A stretch of DNA of 64,000 nt from a virus (IMGVR_UViG_3300045988_150292:14386-78385); one strand, 5' to 3'; counted from the first letter of the stretch, positions 20,401 to 30,185 are shown. A program made the numbers and translations. Notes: generated by a model not told the origin, from the sequence alone.

Positions 20401-23400
20401 GCTGAAATGTTGGCGATTGACAGGAGACTGTCAAACATCGCCTGGAACTTTTTAGGGTTGCGCTGGCAGAAGGTCTTGAACTCACTTTCGGTCATACCAA
20501 GGTCTTTGCGCCAGCTTTCCATTATCTTCGGGAAGTCGTCTTCGGCTATCTCTTTCAGGTCTTTTGACATATTCTTGCCTGCTTTGCCGATGTTCTTGAG
20601 GTGCTTGGCGGTTGTCTCGTCTCCGTTGGCTACTCTCTTGACTATCTCTTCCCAAGCGTCACTGTTGTACTTGGCGAGGTAGGCGATTTTCTCCTCAAGT
20701 GACATTACACGTTGTTCCGGGCTCAAGAAAGCATCGGCGACGCTTTCAAGCTTGCTCCTCGCATCGCTTGACAATATGTCAAGTTGGGCTGAGACTTTCA
20801 TCAGACTGTTGTTCAGGTCGTTGCTGTTCTTCTCCAGATCATCATTAAATAGACCGCTGATATAACCGAAAACACCGCCGTGTTCGGAAAGACCTGCAGC
20901 GTCGGATATACGGGATAGTATATCGTACTGACCAGCCCACGCTCCTCCTCTCTGGCTCTCGAACATGGCATTGGCGGCCATCTGGGTGTACTGCCCTTGG
21001 GCTTTGGCATTTTCAGATGACTCCTTTGTCTTGGAAACCAGAAGGTCGTATTCTTCGTTGATGTCACCACATGCCTCAAGCTGCTCGTTGAGTTCGTCTG
21101 TGAAATAGCCTGTCTGTGTCAGCAGGTCTTTCATATTGTCTATTCCGGCAATCTTGTCGCCTTCACCTGGACTGGCAGGGAGTCCTTTTACATAATCGCT
21201 GAGCTGCTTGAAATGGTCTTCGGCTGACTTGCGCATGTTTTCCATGCTTTGCTCAAGCTTGCTCGTATATTGGTCATAGCCCATCCATATCGCAGCTCCT
21301 ACGGCGGCTCCTACGGCGGCTACATTGCCACCTGTGAGAAGGCTTCCCAACTTGCTCGTAGCTTGGTTCCAGGCGAGCTGACTGCGGGCTATAAGACCGC
21401 TTTTGAGAATAAGCTCTGACTGCTTGCTGCTTATCATACCCATCAGCTCAAGCTGCTTGATAAGCTCTGGGGAGATCATGCGCTCTTGGACAAGACGTTG
21501 CATCTGCAACATTGAGAGTTTGCCTTTTATCGCAAGCTCTTCCATCGCATTCCTCTTGTTTATCGTGCCATTCAGGAAACCTGCTCTGGCGACAAGATTC
21601 TGTCTTAGCTCTTCCTGCGTAATCTTTCCTTCTACCAACAGACGTTGCTGTGCTATCGCATAGCGTCTCAATTCGGCTGCCTGTGCCGCTTTCATCGCCG
21701 TGAGTTCCTGTGCTATACCTGTTCTTGCAGCTACTGCACCTAAACCTTTACGCAGGGCGAACATCGCACCGAATGATACCAAAGCCGGGGAAAGTTTGTC
21801 GAGCATAAGGACAAGATTGGCGGCTTGTTTGACTATCGAAGTGAATACGCCTCCGATAACGTTGTTGCCTTCGGCAAACTTGCCCAACATGATGTCCCAT
21901 GCGTCGATAAGCTTGTTCCACTGGCCTAAAAGGGTATTTGACAACACAAGCTGCATATTATAGAACTTGCCGCCTTCGTCGGTCATGCCCCACAATACTT
22001 TCTGCACGTCTTCAAATGACACCTGGCGCTGACTGATCATCTTCTTGATGTCACTTTCGGTATAGTCGGTCTTGCCGCTCCTGCCTGTTTCGTTATACAT
22101 CTCTGCGATGCTCTTCAACAATGGAAGACCGGCGTAGGCGAACTGGCGTAACTCTTTTCCGTCAAGCCATGAACGGGCTTTTACCTGACCGTAGGCAAGT
22201 CCCAAGCGCTCGAAGCTGACTCCAAGTCCTGACGCGATGTCGGCAAGACGTTTCGTCGTGTCGTAAAGGTCGTTGGCTTCTACGCCGAAGGCGGCAAGCT
22301 GCTTGACGTCTCGGTTCAACTCTCCGAACTTGAAGGGTGACTGCAGGGCAAGCTGCTGGGTCTGGGCGAAGAGTTCGTCTGCCTTGGCTATGTCTCCGAT
22401 GATGGAACGGAGGGCTACATGCTGCTGTACAATTTCACCTCCGGTCTGTATTATACTGTCTGCAAACTGCTTCGCGCCGTATATCAGACCGCCCTGCAGG
22501 AAGAGGCTCTTCAAATCCTGCACTGCGGAGCTCATACCCCCGGCTGACTTCTTCGCCTGCTCGAAGGCGCTTACAAGGTCACTCCTTACACGGGCGGCGG
22601 TGGCGGCGACTTCCTGGCGGTGTCTCTCTTCCAGGGCGATGGCTTGTCTCTTCTCGCTGTTTGCCTTGGCTTGCTCTGAGGACAGGCGCTTCGCTCCTTC
22701 GGCGAGGGTGCCGAAATAGTTGTAGTTCAAGCTTCCGAGGCTGCTTTGCCAACCGACGCCCTTGTTGCCAAGCATATTGCTGTATTCACGCAATGTGCGC
22801 AGGGCGCTTATCATTGAACGTATCTTGGCATCGGCTTCGGAGGTGTCAAGCCCCAAAGCTTTTCCTGCCTGGCGCTCTCCCCATAATCTGTTCAGAGCGT
22901 CTTTCAGTGCTTTGATTTTCTGTTGGCTCTTGTCAAGTTCCGCCTGTCGCTGCTTCTCGTTCTTGGCAGCTTCAGCGGCTTCCCTCTTCTCGGCTTCCAT
23001 CCTCTCAAGAATGGCGTTCTTCAAGGCGTTAGTTTCCTGCAGACGCCTCTGGGCTTGTTCTTGCGGAGTGGTAGCGTTGGGCTTGTATGTGGCATCGAGT
23101 CGGGCGGCAGTCTGCATTGACAGTCGCTCGGAGGCGGCGACAAGGCGCTGCATCTGACTTTCCACTTCTGCAAGCTGTGCTTTTGTCTTCACAAGCCATT
23201 CGTCGTCTTTAGGGCCGTGGAAACTGGAAATCTTCTGCTGTAGCCGGTCGTATCTCTCTCCAAGGGCGTCAAAGGCTTTGCCGTAGGCTTTCTGGACTTC
23301 ATTTATCTGGTCCATATTGCCGGCAAACGGAACGTAATAACGGGTTGGCTCAGAAGCAAAGGATGCCCTGACCGCACGACGTCTATCAAATTCCGTTCCT

Positions 23401-24005
23401 CCCACCCTGGAGCGACGGAGCTTCTCCTCTGCTTCCATCTGCTTCTGTAGGGCTTGGGCGAAGGCACGCGACTTCTGTTCGGCGGCGGCTATCTCCTGCC
23501 GGTATGCCTCCTGCGCCATCTGTGCGGAGATTTTCTGGCGTTCCTGCTTCTGCTTCTCAAGCTCCTCCTCCCTCTTGGCTTGCTGTTCCTGGGCATGGCG
23601 GCGTTGCTGTAAAAGTTCTTCAACGCGCTGCATGTCTTGGTAGTCGGAAAAACCTGCGTGGCCTTTCCCGGTTGCATTTATTCTTTGTAGTATTTGCAAC
23701 ACTTTCCCATATTGCTCTGCTATGGCGGTTATATTATTGACCGTCTTGGAATCAACCCCCAGACCCTCAGCTCTGGCGGCAAACGCCTGATATTGCGCTA
23801 TAGCATCTTGCAGTTTCTTGATGTCGGCAACTCCCTTGCTGCTAAGGGTACTTGTTGCTTCCGTTATCAGATTCAGTGCGTCCTGGGCTCGCTTGCCGGT
23901 GACGTCAATCTTGTTGAGAGCGTTAATAAGCTTCTTGGATTCTTCCTCCATGCGCGTCTTCAACGTGAGCGTCATGCTCAAATCTCCTAAATTTCCTCCT
24001 GCCAT
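17433..24005 (-). CDS. tail tape measure protein
   Basis: 2190-aa ORF directly after the G/GT chaperone pair, with long coiled-coil-like Ala/Gln/Lys/Glu segments. Size and position are diagnostic. Confidence 0.85.
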   Translation of the reverse strand: MAGGNLGDLSMTLTLKTRMEEESKKLINALNKIDVTGKRAQDALNLITEATSTLSSKGVADIKKLQDAIAQYQAFAARAEGLGVDSKTVNNITAIAEQYGKVLQILQRINATGKGHAGFSDYQDMQRVEELLQQRRHAQEQQAKREEELEKQKQERQKISAQMAQEAYRQEIAAAEQKSRAFAQALQKQMEAEEKLRRSRVGGTEFDRRRAVRASFASEPTRYYVPFAGNMDQINEVQKAYGKAFDALGERYDRLQQKISSFHGPKDDEWLVKTKAQLAEVESQMQRLVAASERLSMQTAARLDATYKPNATTPQEQAQRRLQETNALKNAILERMEAEKREAAEAAKNEKQRQAELDKSQQKIKALKDALNRLWGERQAGKALGLDTSEADAKIRSMISALRTLREYSNMLGNKGVGWQSSLGSLNYNYFGTLAEGAKRLSSEQAKANSEKRQAIALEERHRQEVAATAARVRSDLVSAFEQAKKSAGGMSSAVQDLKSLFLQGGLIYGAKQFADSIIQTGGEIVQQHVALRSIIGDIAKADELFAQTQQLALQSPFKFGELNRDVKQLAAFGVEANDLYDTTKRLADIASGLGVSFERLGLAYGQVKARSWLDGKELRQFAYAGLPLLKSIAEMYNETGRSGKTDYTESDIKKMISQRQVSFEDVQKVLWGMTDEGGKFYNMQLVLSNTLLGQWNKLIDAWDIMLGKFAEGNNVIGGVFTSIVKQAANLVLMLDKLSPALVSFGAMFALRKGLGAVAARTGIAQELTAMKAAQAAELRRYAIAQQRLLVEGKITQEELRQNLVARAGFLNGTINKRNAMEELAIKGKLSMLQMQRLVQERMISPELIKQLELMGMISSKQSELILKSGLIARSQLAWNQATSKLGSLLTGGNVAAVGAAVGAAIWMGYDQYTSKLEQSMENMRKSAEDHFKQLSDYVKGLPASPGEGDKIAGIDNMKDLLTQTGYFTDELNEQLEACGDINEEYDLLVSKTKESSENAKAQGQYTQMAANAMFESQRGGAWAGQYDILSRISDAAGLSEHGGVFGYISGLFNDDLEKNSNDLNNSLMKVSAQLDILSSDARSKLESVADAFLSPEQRVMSLEEKIAYLAKYNSDAWEEIVKRVANGDETTAKHLKNIGKAGKNMSKDLKEIAEDDFPKIMESWRKDLGMTESEFKTFCQRNPKKFQAMFDSLLSIANISAPKIREALKRMWYEAADMVVPETPKPKKPKGWTNPLREGTIGRKTYDKLEAAGLLKNKHRDMANVLFNIDQGKSSGWHEYGEAIRKQYKEWRDENNQARKAGEKQPYYYKMKLLEEAAAKIGVSLDVGKDKVSGDFGKDGGNKDDKVLKALKDKVSLYKTYYTELQKYRKLYGADADKELMKDKNFAPIKGYGLKDRSDYGGSIRQLVGRLPKNTEERKSFVEQSIAGISSKEREEEQKRIEDVNSELSRKLDLLSEEYDLYKQLYDLTGDSQGAMQVAFQGNTVQSQSLLQSLMKQIQDELDKSHPGTKAADVTALSDNDFNKLFGEKSEALSVLVQRYKKESDKVRLDTIKKMTDLIKDNRTLDQQIADLDREHESNQTKIWGSSTTTEMKKRASEGENKEWQDKRAKLEFEQFKNNTDWVTIFDDLDRVSSNTIDTMCTEIEKFSKKAGLSVEVVKQLRDALDKLRNEQIDRSPFGVMFNTIGQGNAIGDFLKRSEPGKDGKYIVSAEAGKRMGMQEGKYTKGELENGQQGKYTDFSKSLQSVANKFKALESIMSPVVDLFAAFGKEDTVAGGIIQGGSDALSAAGSTAGALNNLGLEQAGPYGAAAAAAISIISSFAAAHDAALEREIEASKQRQKEMENLTKNLQHAIEIALGGVYSYTMNDKTRDKLTEVLETFRKENTKFNFQTQKWEKTNKNKSRYSEQTAEQVEKSLQNKDSNFDAQLASLMVQRDELQKQRDSENNKKKKDKNAISDYDAQIEEANQQISEFAQEWAKTIYSIDLKDWASQLTDAIIEAWQKGEDAVDAYEDKVKELMNSLTKNILSQKILEVALKPTLDNLENKLKANGGKLEAEDVLSITDSLIDAEGNAIDSIVSILDSLKEKGLDLSENGSLSTSNTIKGVTEETADLLASYINAIRLDVSVNRANLSIVVEAVKLLPNLNVIAQSQLTQLNTLVSLSQARNDKLDQMYDWMRSTTNGTRKLYIA

Positions 24006-24067
24006 ATTCCTACCATTTTTGTGTTTTTTTAATCAAGTCCATATCTCTCCAGAATACCTGTTTACAC

Positions 24068-24789
24068 TCACTTCAGGAAATCCCCGAACGTCACTCCTTC
24101 TTTTCCTACAAGCTTGTCGCCGCCTTCCTTCTCCTTGCGTGCCTTCCAACGTGCATAGGCGGAGGCGAGTTTCTTGCGGGTCGGCCCCTTGTCTTTCTTC
24201 GGATATACCACCAATGGCTGATCGGCGACCATAAGGTCTATCTGCGCTGACGTGTAGCCCCACCAGTAGTCGTAGGCACGGATGCCGTAACGGCGCTCGA
24301 AGAGGAAAGGGAACTTCTCGGCTAACGAATATGCGGCTCCCCAGCTTGTTCGGCTTGGATAGCATCGACTTCCTTCGTCGTCATCGTCATCGTCATCGTC
24401 ATCCTCAGATTCGTCATTCCTATCACTAATATGGTAAGCAGTGAGGATGCTGTCGATTGAGTTTTTTTTTTCGCAGTTTCCAAAAGACGCAACACTTCCA
24501 CATCGTCAAGGTCGCAGAAGTAATACAGCCAACGCCAATAGATACCGTAGAAGGCACGGATCTTCCAGATGTTGTTAAGAAGCACAACGGCGCATATCTT
24601 CGCATTGCGACGGTTCTCGTTCTTCTCTCTCGCCACGATATGACTGAATTTCATTATCGTACCCTTGTGGAGCCAACCTATAGTACGGCGCTTGCCTCTG
24701 AACTCCACGTCAAGGGGCTCGGCGGCAAGAACGGCATCAAGCATCTTCTGGTATTCTACGGAGGGTTGCTCTATCTTTTTTTCTGACAT
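24068..24789 (-). CDS. tail assembly chaperone, -1 frameshift fusion product (gpGT-like)
   Basis: The -1 frame opens 13 codons before the A10 run. It reads ...NSIDSILTAYHISDRNDESEDDDDDDDDDEGS...FERRYGIRAYDYWWGYTSAQIDLMVADQPLVVYPKK...GDFLK and stops at 24070-24068. It has no usable ATG of its own. Confidence 0.6.
24322..24789 (-). CDS. tail assembly chaperone, zero-frame product (gpG-like)
   Basis: Start at MSEKKIEQPSVEY (24789). Lies between the tail tube and tape-measure genes. The zero-frame tail after the A10 run is low-complexity (MTMTMTMT). Confidence 0.6.
   Translation of the reverse strand: MSEKKIEQPSVEYQKMLDAVLAAEPLDVEFRGKRRTIGWLHKGTIMKFSHIVAREKNENRRNAKICAVVLLNNIWKIRAFYGIYWRWLYYFCDLDDVEVLRLLETAKKKTQSTASSLLTILVIGMTNLRMTMTMTMTTKEVDAIQAEQAGEPHIR
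24462..24471 (-). promoter_or_regulatory. A10 slippery run, candidate programmed -1 frameshift site
   Basis: Minus strand reads GCG AAA AAA AAA ACT, lying inside the 0 / -1 overlap window of the chaperone genes. Confidence 0.55.
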
Positions 24790-24914
24790 GATATTTGGCT
24801 TAGTGTGATTGATACAATTAAAAAGGCGGCACGGCATTTCTTATGCCTGCCGCCTCTAAGGTTCTGTGGTGTCTCAGACTGTCGGTTTTTCTTCCTTTTT
24901 AGCCGACTGTGTCG

Positions 24915-25499
24915 CTACGCTGACTTTTTTTTTAGATAAGCGAAGCTCTTCTTGCCTGCACCTTCAATACTGCCGGTCAGCTGGATGGCAAACGGCTGTG
25001 TGCCTGGGTTGTCATACAACTGCTTGGCGTAAAGGGCGAGGTTGGTAATTACCACAAGGTTCTTCTTCTCTGAGTCTACAAGGAAGAAGGTTCCTGTAAT
25101 CTTCTTCTTCTTCAGCTCCCATGCGTGACCTTCAAAACCGGTTGTGCCGTCAAGCTCGGTGTCACCGGTGGTCATAGTGGCTGTAGGGACATCCTTCACG
25201 GCGTCTGCGCCGTAGAAAATCTTCATCACTTCCTTGTCAAGGGTTGGGACGGTGAGCTGGATTTTCACGTCTCCGGAGGTTGAACTTGAGGTCCAGTCGG
25301 CATCAAGGCCGATTACCTTGTAGTGGTTGATGGTCGGGTCGTCCTGGGTGATCTGCAGTGTGTCTACAGTCACCGGAAGGTTGAACTCTGGGGCAAACTT
25401 CAATGTAGTCTGCTCGAAGTCCACAACGGCCTGCTGATAGTAAAGGTCGGCGATGTCATTGAAAACGACCTTCAATTCCTGTTTTGTCTTTGCTGCCAT
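24915..25499 (-). CDS. major tail (tube) protein
   Basis: 194-aa ORF immediately upstream of the chaperone pair. Assigned by position. Confidence 0.55.
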   Translation of the reverse strand: MAAKTKQELKVVFNDIADLYYQQAVVDFEQTTLKFAPEFNLPVTVDTLQITQDDPTINHYKVIGLDADWTSSSTSGDVKIQLTVPTLDKEVMKIFYGADAVKDVPTATMTTGDTELDGTTGFEGHAWELKKKKITGTFFLVDSEKKNLVVITNLALYAKQLYDNPGTQPFAIQLTGSIEGAGKKSFAYLKKKSA

Positions 25500-25527
25500 A
25501 TACTTATAAGTTTTTGGTTGGTTATTG

Positions 25528-25932
25528 TTATCTTGTCCTTAAACGGCCTTGTATCATCGTGATGTCGAATCCGTCTCCGTCATCGGTCTGCAGTATCACC
25601 TTGGGCTTCGTGACGATTATCCGGGGGGTACGGATGGGGAAGACGGACAGCACACGCTCAAGCTTCTCGTCCATGGCGTCAAGGTCTGTGCAGTTGCCGA
25701 GACCGGAGGAAACACGGTTCCTCGTGTAGATGCTTATCTGGACGGTAGTGCTGTAGTCGTTGTATGAGCCGTCATCGCTTATCTCGTTGTTACGGATGGC
25801 GTAGGGCAGGCTCACGACGATAAAGCTGTCATAGCGCTTGTCTACCGTGTCGGGACGGTTGCGGGCTATGACGACATCACAGATGCCTTTCACGGCATTG
25901 CCCAAATCGTAGTATATCTGTTTCAGGTCCAT
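25528..25932 (-). CDS. head-tail joining / tail terminator module protein
   Basis: 134-aa ORF in the connector gene block. Confidence 0.4.
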   Translation of the reverse strand: MDLKQIYYDLGNAVKGICDVVIARNRPDTVDKRYDSFIVVSLPYAIRNNEISDDGSYNDYSTTVQISIYTRNRVSSGLGNCTDLDAMDEKLERVLSVFPIRTPRIIVTKPKVILQTDDGDGFDITMIQGRLRTR

Positions 25933-25938
25933 CTTGCA

Positions 25939-26505
25939 TTATATGTCAAAGTTTAGCGTTCCGTTGGTTTCTGCTATGCCGATTTGCAAAAGGAATGGAA
26001 CGTCTTCGTAGGTGCTGTAGACGGTTTCGACGATTTTCTCATTGAACTTGGCGTATTCCACAGGGCACACGCACATCAATGCCCATTCGCCTCCGGGCTT
26101 GAACTTGCCGATGCGGCCGTAGATGAGGTTCGGACCCCATTGTCCGCCTTTGCCTGTCTTTCCTCTGAATGGAGGATCTGCTTCGTCGCCTTCATAATAG
26201 GATGGCTTGTCGTAGATTTCGCCTTTACGGAGGGTGGGACGGGTTGGAGGGGCTTCGCCGTCTGCGGAACGGGAGACGTACATCAGCTTGCCGCGGTAGT
26301 AGACGGAGGCATAGAACGAGGTGAAGGTGTTTCCTGTCACATTATAGAACTCACGGTTCTTCTTGAATGCCTCTACCACCTTGTCGGCGGCCTTCTTCAT
26401 GATGGCGTAGGCTCGCTCGTAGGCGTATTTGTTTATCTTGCCGAGCATCTCGTGCTCGAACTGCAAGCCTAACGACAGTCTGCGTTCATATCCTCCCATT
26501 GTCAC
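25939..26505 (-). CDS. head-tail joining module protein
   Basis: 188-aa ORF in the connector gene block, overlapping the upstream stop. Confidence 0.4.
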   Translation of the reverse strand: MTMGGYERRLSLGLQFEHEMLGKINKYAYERAYAIMKKAADKVVEAFKKNREFYNVTGNTFTSFYASVYYRGKLMYVSRSADGEAPPTRPTLRKGEIYDKPSYYEGDEADPPFRGKTGKGGQWGPNLIYGRIGKFKPGGEWALMCVCPVEYAKFNEKIVETVYSTYEDVPFLLQIGIAETNGTLNFDI

Positions 26506-26876
26506 ACTCTTTTCAAACTCCAGTACACTACGGTCCTGTTATTGTCTCCCTCGCAGTCTTTCACGATGCCTTCTTCCGTGTGGTTGCCTATCCTGCAACG
26601 GATGATGTCACCGTCCAAAGGAAACTTGCAGCCGGACCAGGCATCGAAACGTATCGGGATGCTGGCCTTCCGCTTGTTCTCGTCTATACGGCTGTCTCCG
26701 GTCGTGGTGGTGTCGGTGTAGATACGACACTTTCCGCAGTACAGCTCTTCTTCCACATCGAGTAGGGGGGCGTCGGCTTCACAGAACGGGTTGTCCGGGT
26801 CTTTCCTGCCGTGGATGACGCGCACGATGCTCACATAGTGGGGGTAGCGGGGGTTGTCAATACGGGACTCTCTCAT
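26502..26876 (-). CDS. head-tail adaptor module protein
   Basis: 124-aa ORF in the connector gene block. Confidence 0.4.
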   Translation of the reverse strand: MRESRIDNPRYPHYVSIVRVIHGRKDPDNPFCEADAPLLDVEEELYCGKCRIYTDTTTTGDSRIDENKRKASIPIRFDAWSGCKFPLDGDIIRCRIGNHTEEGIVKDCEGDNNRTVVYWSLKRV

Positions 26877-26880
26877 ACGC

Positions 26881-27312
26881 TCAATGCTTTATGACGTGGG
26901 GCAACGGCATACCATACGATGTGTAGGTGGCTCGCTTGATGCCGTGGGAGACAATCTTGAAGGAGGACTGGCTCTTGAATACTGACGAGGGCTCAAGTTC
27001 CTGGTAGATGGCGTTGGCCTCTTCCTTCAACTCGCGCCGGTCGGTGTCGCTGAGCTCGTAACCTCCTCCCGAATGACTCCAGCCGTTATCGGAATCGGAG
27101 GTGTTGTTCACCTTGCTCGCACCAAGGACAAACCATTTCAATATGTCGGCGTAGGCAAGACGCAGGGCGGACTTGTCGGCGTCGCCGTATTGAATGTCAA
27201 GGTCGAGACCGCGGTCCAACAGTATCGGGCGCAGCGCTTCGTCGTTGACGCCGAACTTCACTTTGCCTGAAAGATAATCGGCCACGGTGTATGTTTCACA
27301 CTCCTTTTCCAT
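26881..27312 (-). CDS. head-tail connector module protein
   Basis: 143-aa ORF directly downstream of the capsid gene. Confidence 0.4.
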   Translation of the reverse strand: MEKECETYTVADYLSGKVKFGVNDEALRPILLDRGLDLDIQYGDADKSALRLAYADILKWFVLGASKVNNTSDSDNGWSHSGGGYELSDTDRRELKEEANAIYQELEPSSVFKSQSSFKIVSHGIKRATYTSYGMPLPHVIKH

Positions 27313-27333
27313 GTCGTTTCTCGGTATTTAGGG

Positions 27334-28515
27334 TTAGCCCTTTCCCTTGATGTTGATGATCCAACGGTAAGGGAAGTCGAGCATCGCGGGAACAGCAGCG
27401 AGGAACAGGTCTGTCTTGAACTCCTTATACAATCCGTTAGGAGTGGTCATGTTCCTCAACAGACCGAGGCCGTTGTTGGTGGTTGCCCAAACTACGTCTA
27501 CCATCTTGTTGCCCAAGGCTTCGAATATCACCTTGTCGCTGATCTGCTTGCGCTTGAAGGTGAATGCCTTGCCTGCCGGACGCAATACTACCGTACCGTC
27601 AGCCCAGCCCTGGATGGTCTCGACGCTGCCGTCGAAACGGATGTTCTGCTCCTGCTCCTCCACAATCTCGATTGGAGAAAGACCGTTGAGGTCGGTCACG
27701 GACTTCAGGAACATCTCCTTGTTCACGCCGTAGTTCTGCAACACTGCTACATAGTTGGCGGCTGCCCAGCTCTTCCAAAGCTCCTGCACCTGCTTGTTCT
27801 TCAGAAGAACGTTGTTGAAGTCGTTCTTCGTCATCTGCCATACAAGTGGGGTCTTGGCGTACTGTGGGTATGCCTTGCGCCAGTTTTCCTCAAACTGGCG
27901 CATCTGCTCCAGAATGTCGCAGTCCTTGTTGGCCCACTCCAGCTTGCCGGCTTTCTTGAAGTTCTCCTTCGGAATGTTGGCGGTGTGGAGAGGTGCCTGG
28001 ATGCCGCGGCCAATGTTCGTGTAGTCGAGCTCACCGGTAGAAGCGAGACGGGCGGTCATGAAGGTCATGGTACTGTTCAGGGAGTCCACAAGGTCCTGAA
28101 GCTTGTCGGTATACTCGTCCACGAGGTCGGCGTCGTCACCGAACTCCTCACCGAGCATCTTCATGCGATACCAACGCTCTGTGGCGGTCTCGCGGAAACC
28201 GTCGGCGGCGAAGTCGGGGATGGTGGCGGTATACCAGTTCATGTTGCCCTTCTCTTTCTGATAGCCTTCACTGAGCGGAGCACGGAGGTTCATCAGAGTG
28301 GCGGCTTTCAGCTCGCGGGATTTCACCGAGAAGGTGGCAAGTCCCTTGTTGTCGGTAGGAGTAACGTCGGTGGCGATGGTTCCCTGGGTGAGATACCAGT
28401 CGTAGTTACTGAGAAGGATGCCTTCTTTGTTGATGTATGTCTGCAAATAGTCACGGTTTATCTTCGAAGAGAAGAACTTGGCCATTCGAGAATCGTTGAA
28501 ATTGAATTTTCCCAT
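27334..28515 (-). CDS. major capsid protein
   Basis: 393-aa ORF downstream of the scaffold gene. Size, position and general resemblance to lambda-E-like capsid proteins (from memory). Confidence 0.7.
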   Translation of the reverse strand: MGKFNFNDSRMAKFFSSKINRDYLQTYINKEGILLSNYDWYLTQGTIATDVTPTDNKGLATFSVKSRELKAATLMNLRAPLSEGYQKEKGNMNWYTATIPDFAADGFRETATERWYRMKMLGEEFGDDADLVDEYTDKLQDLVDSLNSTMTFMTARLASTGELDYTNIGRGIQAPLHTANIPKENFKKAGKLEWANKDCDILEQMRQFEENWRKAYPQYAKTPLVWQMTKNDFNNVLLKNKQVQELWKSWAAANYVAVLQNYGVNKEMFLKSVTDLNGLSPIEIVEEQEQNIRFDGSVETIQGWADGTVVLRPAGKAFTFKRKQISDKVIFEALGNKMVDVVWATTNNGLGLLRNMTTPNGLYKEFKTDLFLAAVPAMLDFPYRWIINIKGKG

Positions 28516-28553
28516 ATCCTGTTACAATCTTTTTACGTTATACTTTGCGTTGG

Positions 28554-29315
28554 TTAAATGCGCCAGAACTCTGGGTACAAGCTCTTGTTCATGGCAGCAA
28601 CGGCCGGACATACGGGACCCATCTTGTCTTTCCACATCACAAGGTCGGGGTGCAACATACAGAAGTTGATGTTGTAACGGGGCTTGTGATACTTGTCGCC
28701 ACCGAGGTCGAAGAACGGAAGGTCGTAGTCGTTCGGGGCGAAACAGTTAGGGTTTGTAACCATTGGCAAAACACTGGCACCTGCTGCAGATGCCTCGACA
28801 AGAACTGTCTTTTTCTCCAGTGTGCCTAATGTGGCGGAAAGGGTTACTTTCCATACGTCACCGGCTGTAGCGTCTGTCTCGGTCTCTACCTTGGTCACGG
28901 TAACACCGGTGCCCTTGGTGGTGAAGTCTTTCTGGCCTATCATAATGTTGTCGCCGACAAACGGGATGTGGACGAAACCGTTGCGGGTAAGGTATATCAC
29001 CGTGTCTGTGGCGCTTCCGGTTGCTTTGGCCACCTCGTAGGCTTTCAGCACTTTCACTGTCGCACCCTTGCCGCTTACAATGCCAAGGTCGTGCTCGATG
29101 AGGTCTCCTGCGTAGATCTTGGCGGGACCGGGGAACGGATTGGCAAGCTGACCGCCGATTGGTGGACGGTTGAAAGCGTTCTTGACAAGGGCCTCAAGAC
29201 CGGCGAACACATAACGCTGACCGCCGATGGAACCTTCGGCCTGCAGCATCACACCGCCGTTCATCACGGCTCCCTGGGCGAGCATCTGGTCGTAGTAATT
29301 CATAGAGTTATCCAT
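28554..29315 (-). CDS. head-module protein between scaffold and capsid genes (decoration-like position)
   Basis: 253-aa ORF; function inferred from position only. Confidence 0.35.
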   Translation of the reverse strand: MDNSMNYYDQMLAQGAVMNGGVMLQAEGSIGGQRYVFAGLEALVKNAFNRPPIGGQLANPFPGPAKIYAGDLIEHDLGIVSGKGATVKVLKAYEVAKATGSATDTVIYLTRNGFVHIPFVGDNIMIGQKDFTTKGTGVTVTKVETETDATAGDVWKVTLSATLGTLEKKTVLVEASAAGASVLPMVTNPNCFAPNDYDLPFFDLGGDKYHKPRYNINFCMLHPDLVMWKDKMGPVCPAVAAMNKSLYPEFWRI

Positions 29316-29345
29316 AATCAGTCTTTTTTGTTTTTGTTTGTTCTG

Positions 29346-30032
29346 TTACTTCTTTTCGTCTACCTTTCCGAAACGGCGCTTCCTACGCTCTATGATGTCG
29401 TCAAACTCATGGTCGTCAACCTTGCCGGTGTCATTGCCCGGGGTGACATGCTTGGTTGGGATGGCGGCACCGCCGTTGGCGCGCTTGTAATCGGTGGTGT
29501 AGATACTCTCGGCCTTCGCCGTCAGTTCTGCGATGTCGGCATCATCGTCTGGAACGGCGAGCTTCGAAAGCGCGGTTTCAAGGAAGAAGTCGTTCATCTC
29601 AAGGTTCGCCTTGCTGAACTTGTCCTTCAAACCGCTTCTTACGGAGTCAAGGGCGGCCTGCTTTGCTGCGCGCTTGTCTCGCTCTTCGTTGGCGGCAAGG
29701 AGCTTGTTGAGCTTATTTTCCAGAGCCTGGTAACGGTCGTCTTCGCTTTCCTCTCCCTGCTTCTGGCGCTCGTCTTCCTCCTTCTTCTTCTTGCGCTCTG
29801 CCTCGGCTCTGTTCTTCTTCATCTCGTCGGAGACGTTCTTGTGAAGGTTGCCGTCCATGCGCTTCAAGCGGTTCGCCAACTTGGTGACTATCTTGGAATT
29901 GGCTTCCTCGTCATCACCGAAATCTTCCAGGACATCATCAAGTTCTTCATTGATGGTCTTCTGGCTTAATGATGTGAACTTGGTAGTGTCTGCTTCCTTG
30001 TTCACAAGGTTCAAGAGTTCTTCCCTTGTCAT
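29346..30032 (-). CDS. capsid scaffolding protein
   Basis: 228 aa, highly charged and helical (Lys/Glu/Asp-rich), upstream of the capsid genes. Confidence 0.6.
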   Translation of the reverse strand: MTREELLNLVNKEADTTKFTSLSQKTINEELDDVLEDFGDDEEANSKIVTKLANRLKRMDGNLHKNVSDEMKKNRAEAERKKKKEEDERQKQGEESEDDRYQALENKLNKLLAANEERDKRAAKQAALDSVRSGLKDKFSKANLEMNDFFLETALSKLAVPDDDADIAELTAKAESIYTTDYKRANGGAAIPTKHVTPGNDTGKVDDHEFDDIIERRKRRFGKVDEKK

Positions 30033-30185
30033 GGTGTAAAATGTTTAGTTTTTGTGTCGGTTACATCGGGGTGCTTCCCCGGAATGCATAAGTATAAATA
30101 TTTACATCGCAAAAATATGTATAAATATGCAATTATACAAATAAAATTCGATATTTTTGCATTTAGAATATATATATATACCTAA

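Noticed and set aside
24033-24365. Track ORF (110 aa, minus) as the second tail chaperone gene.
   Set aside because: It is in the third frame relative to the G / -1 pair and is Arg-rich and implausible. The protein-like extension is in the -1 frame, which lacks an ATG.
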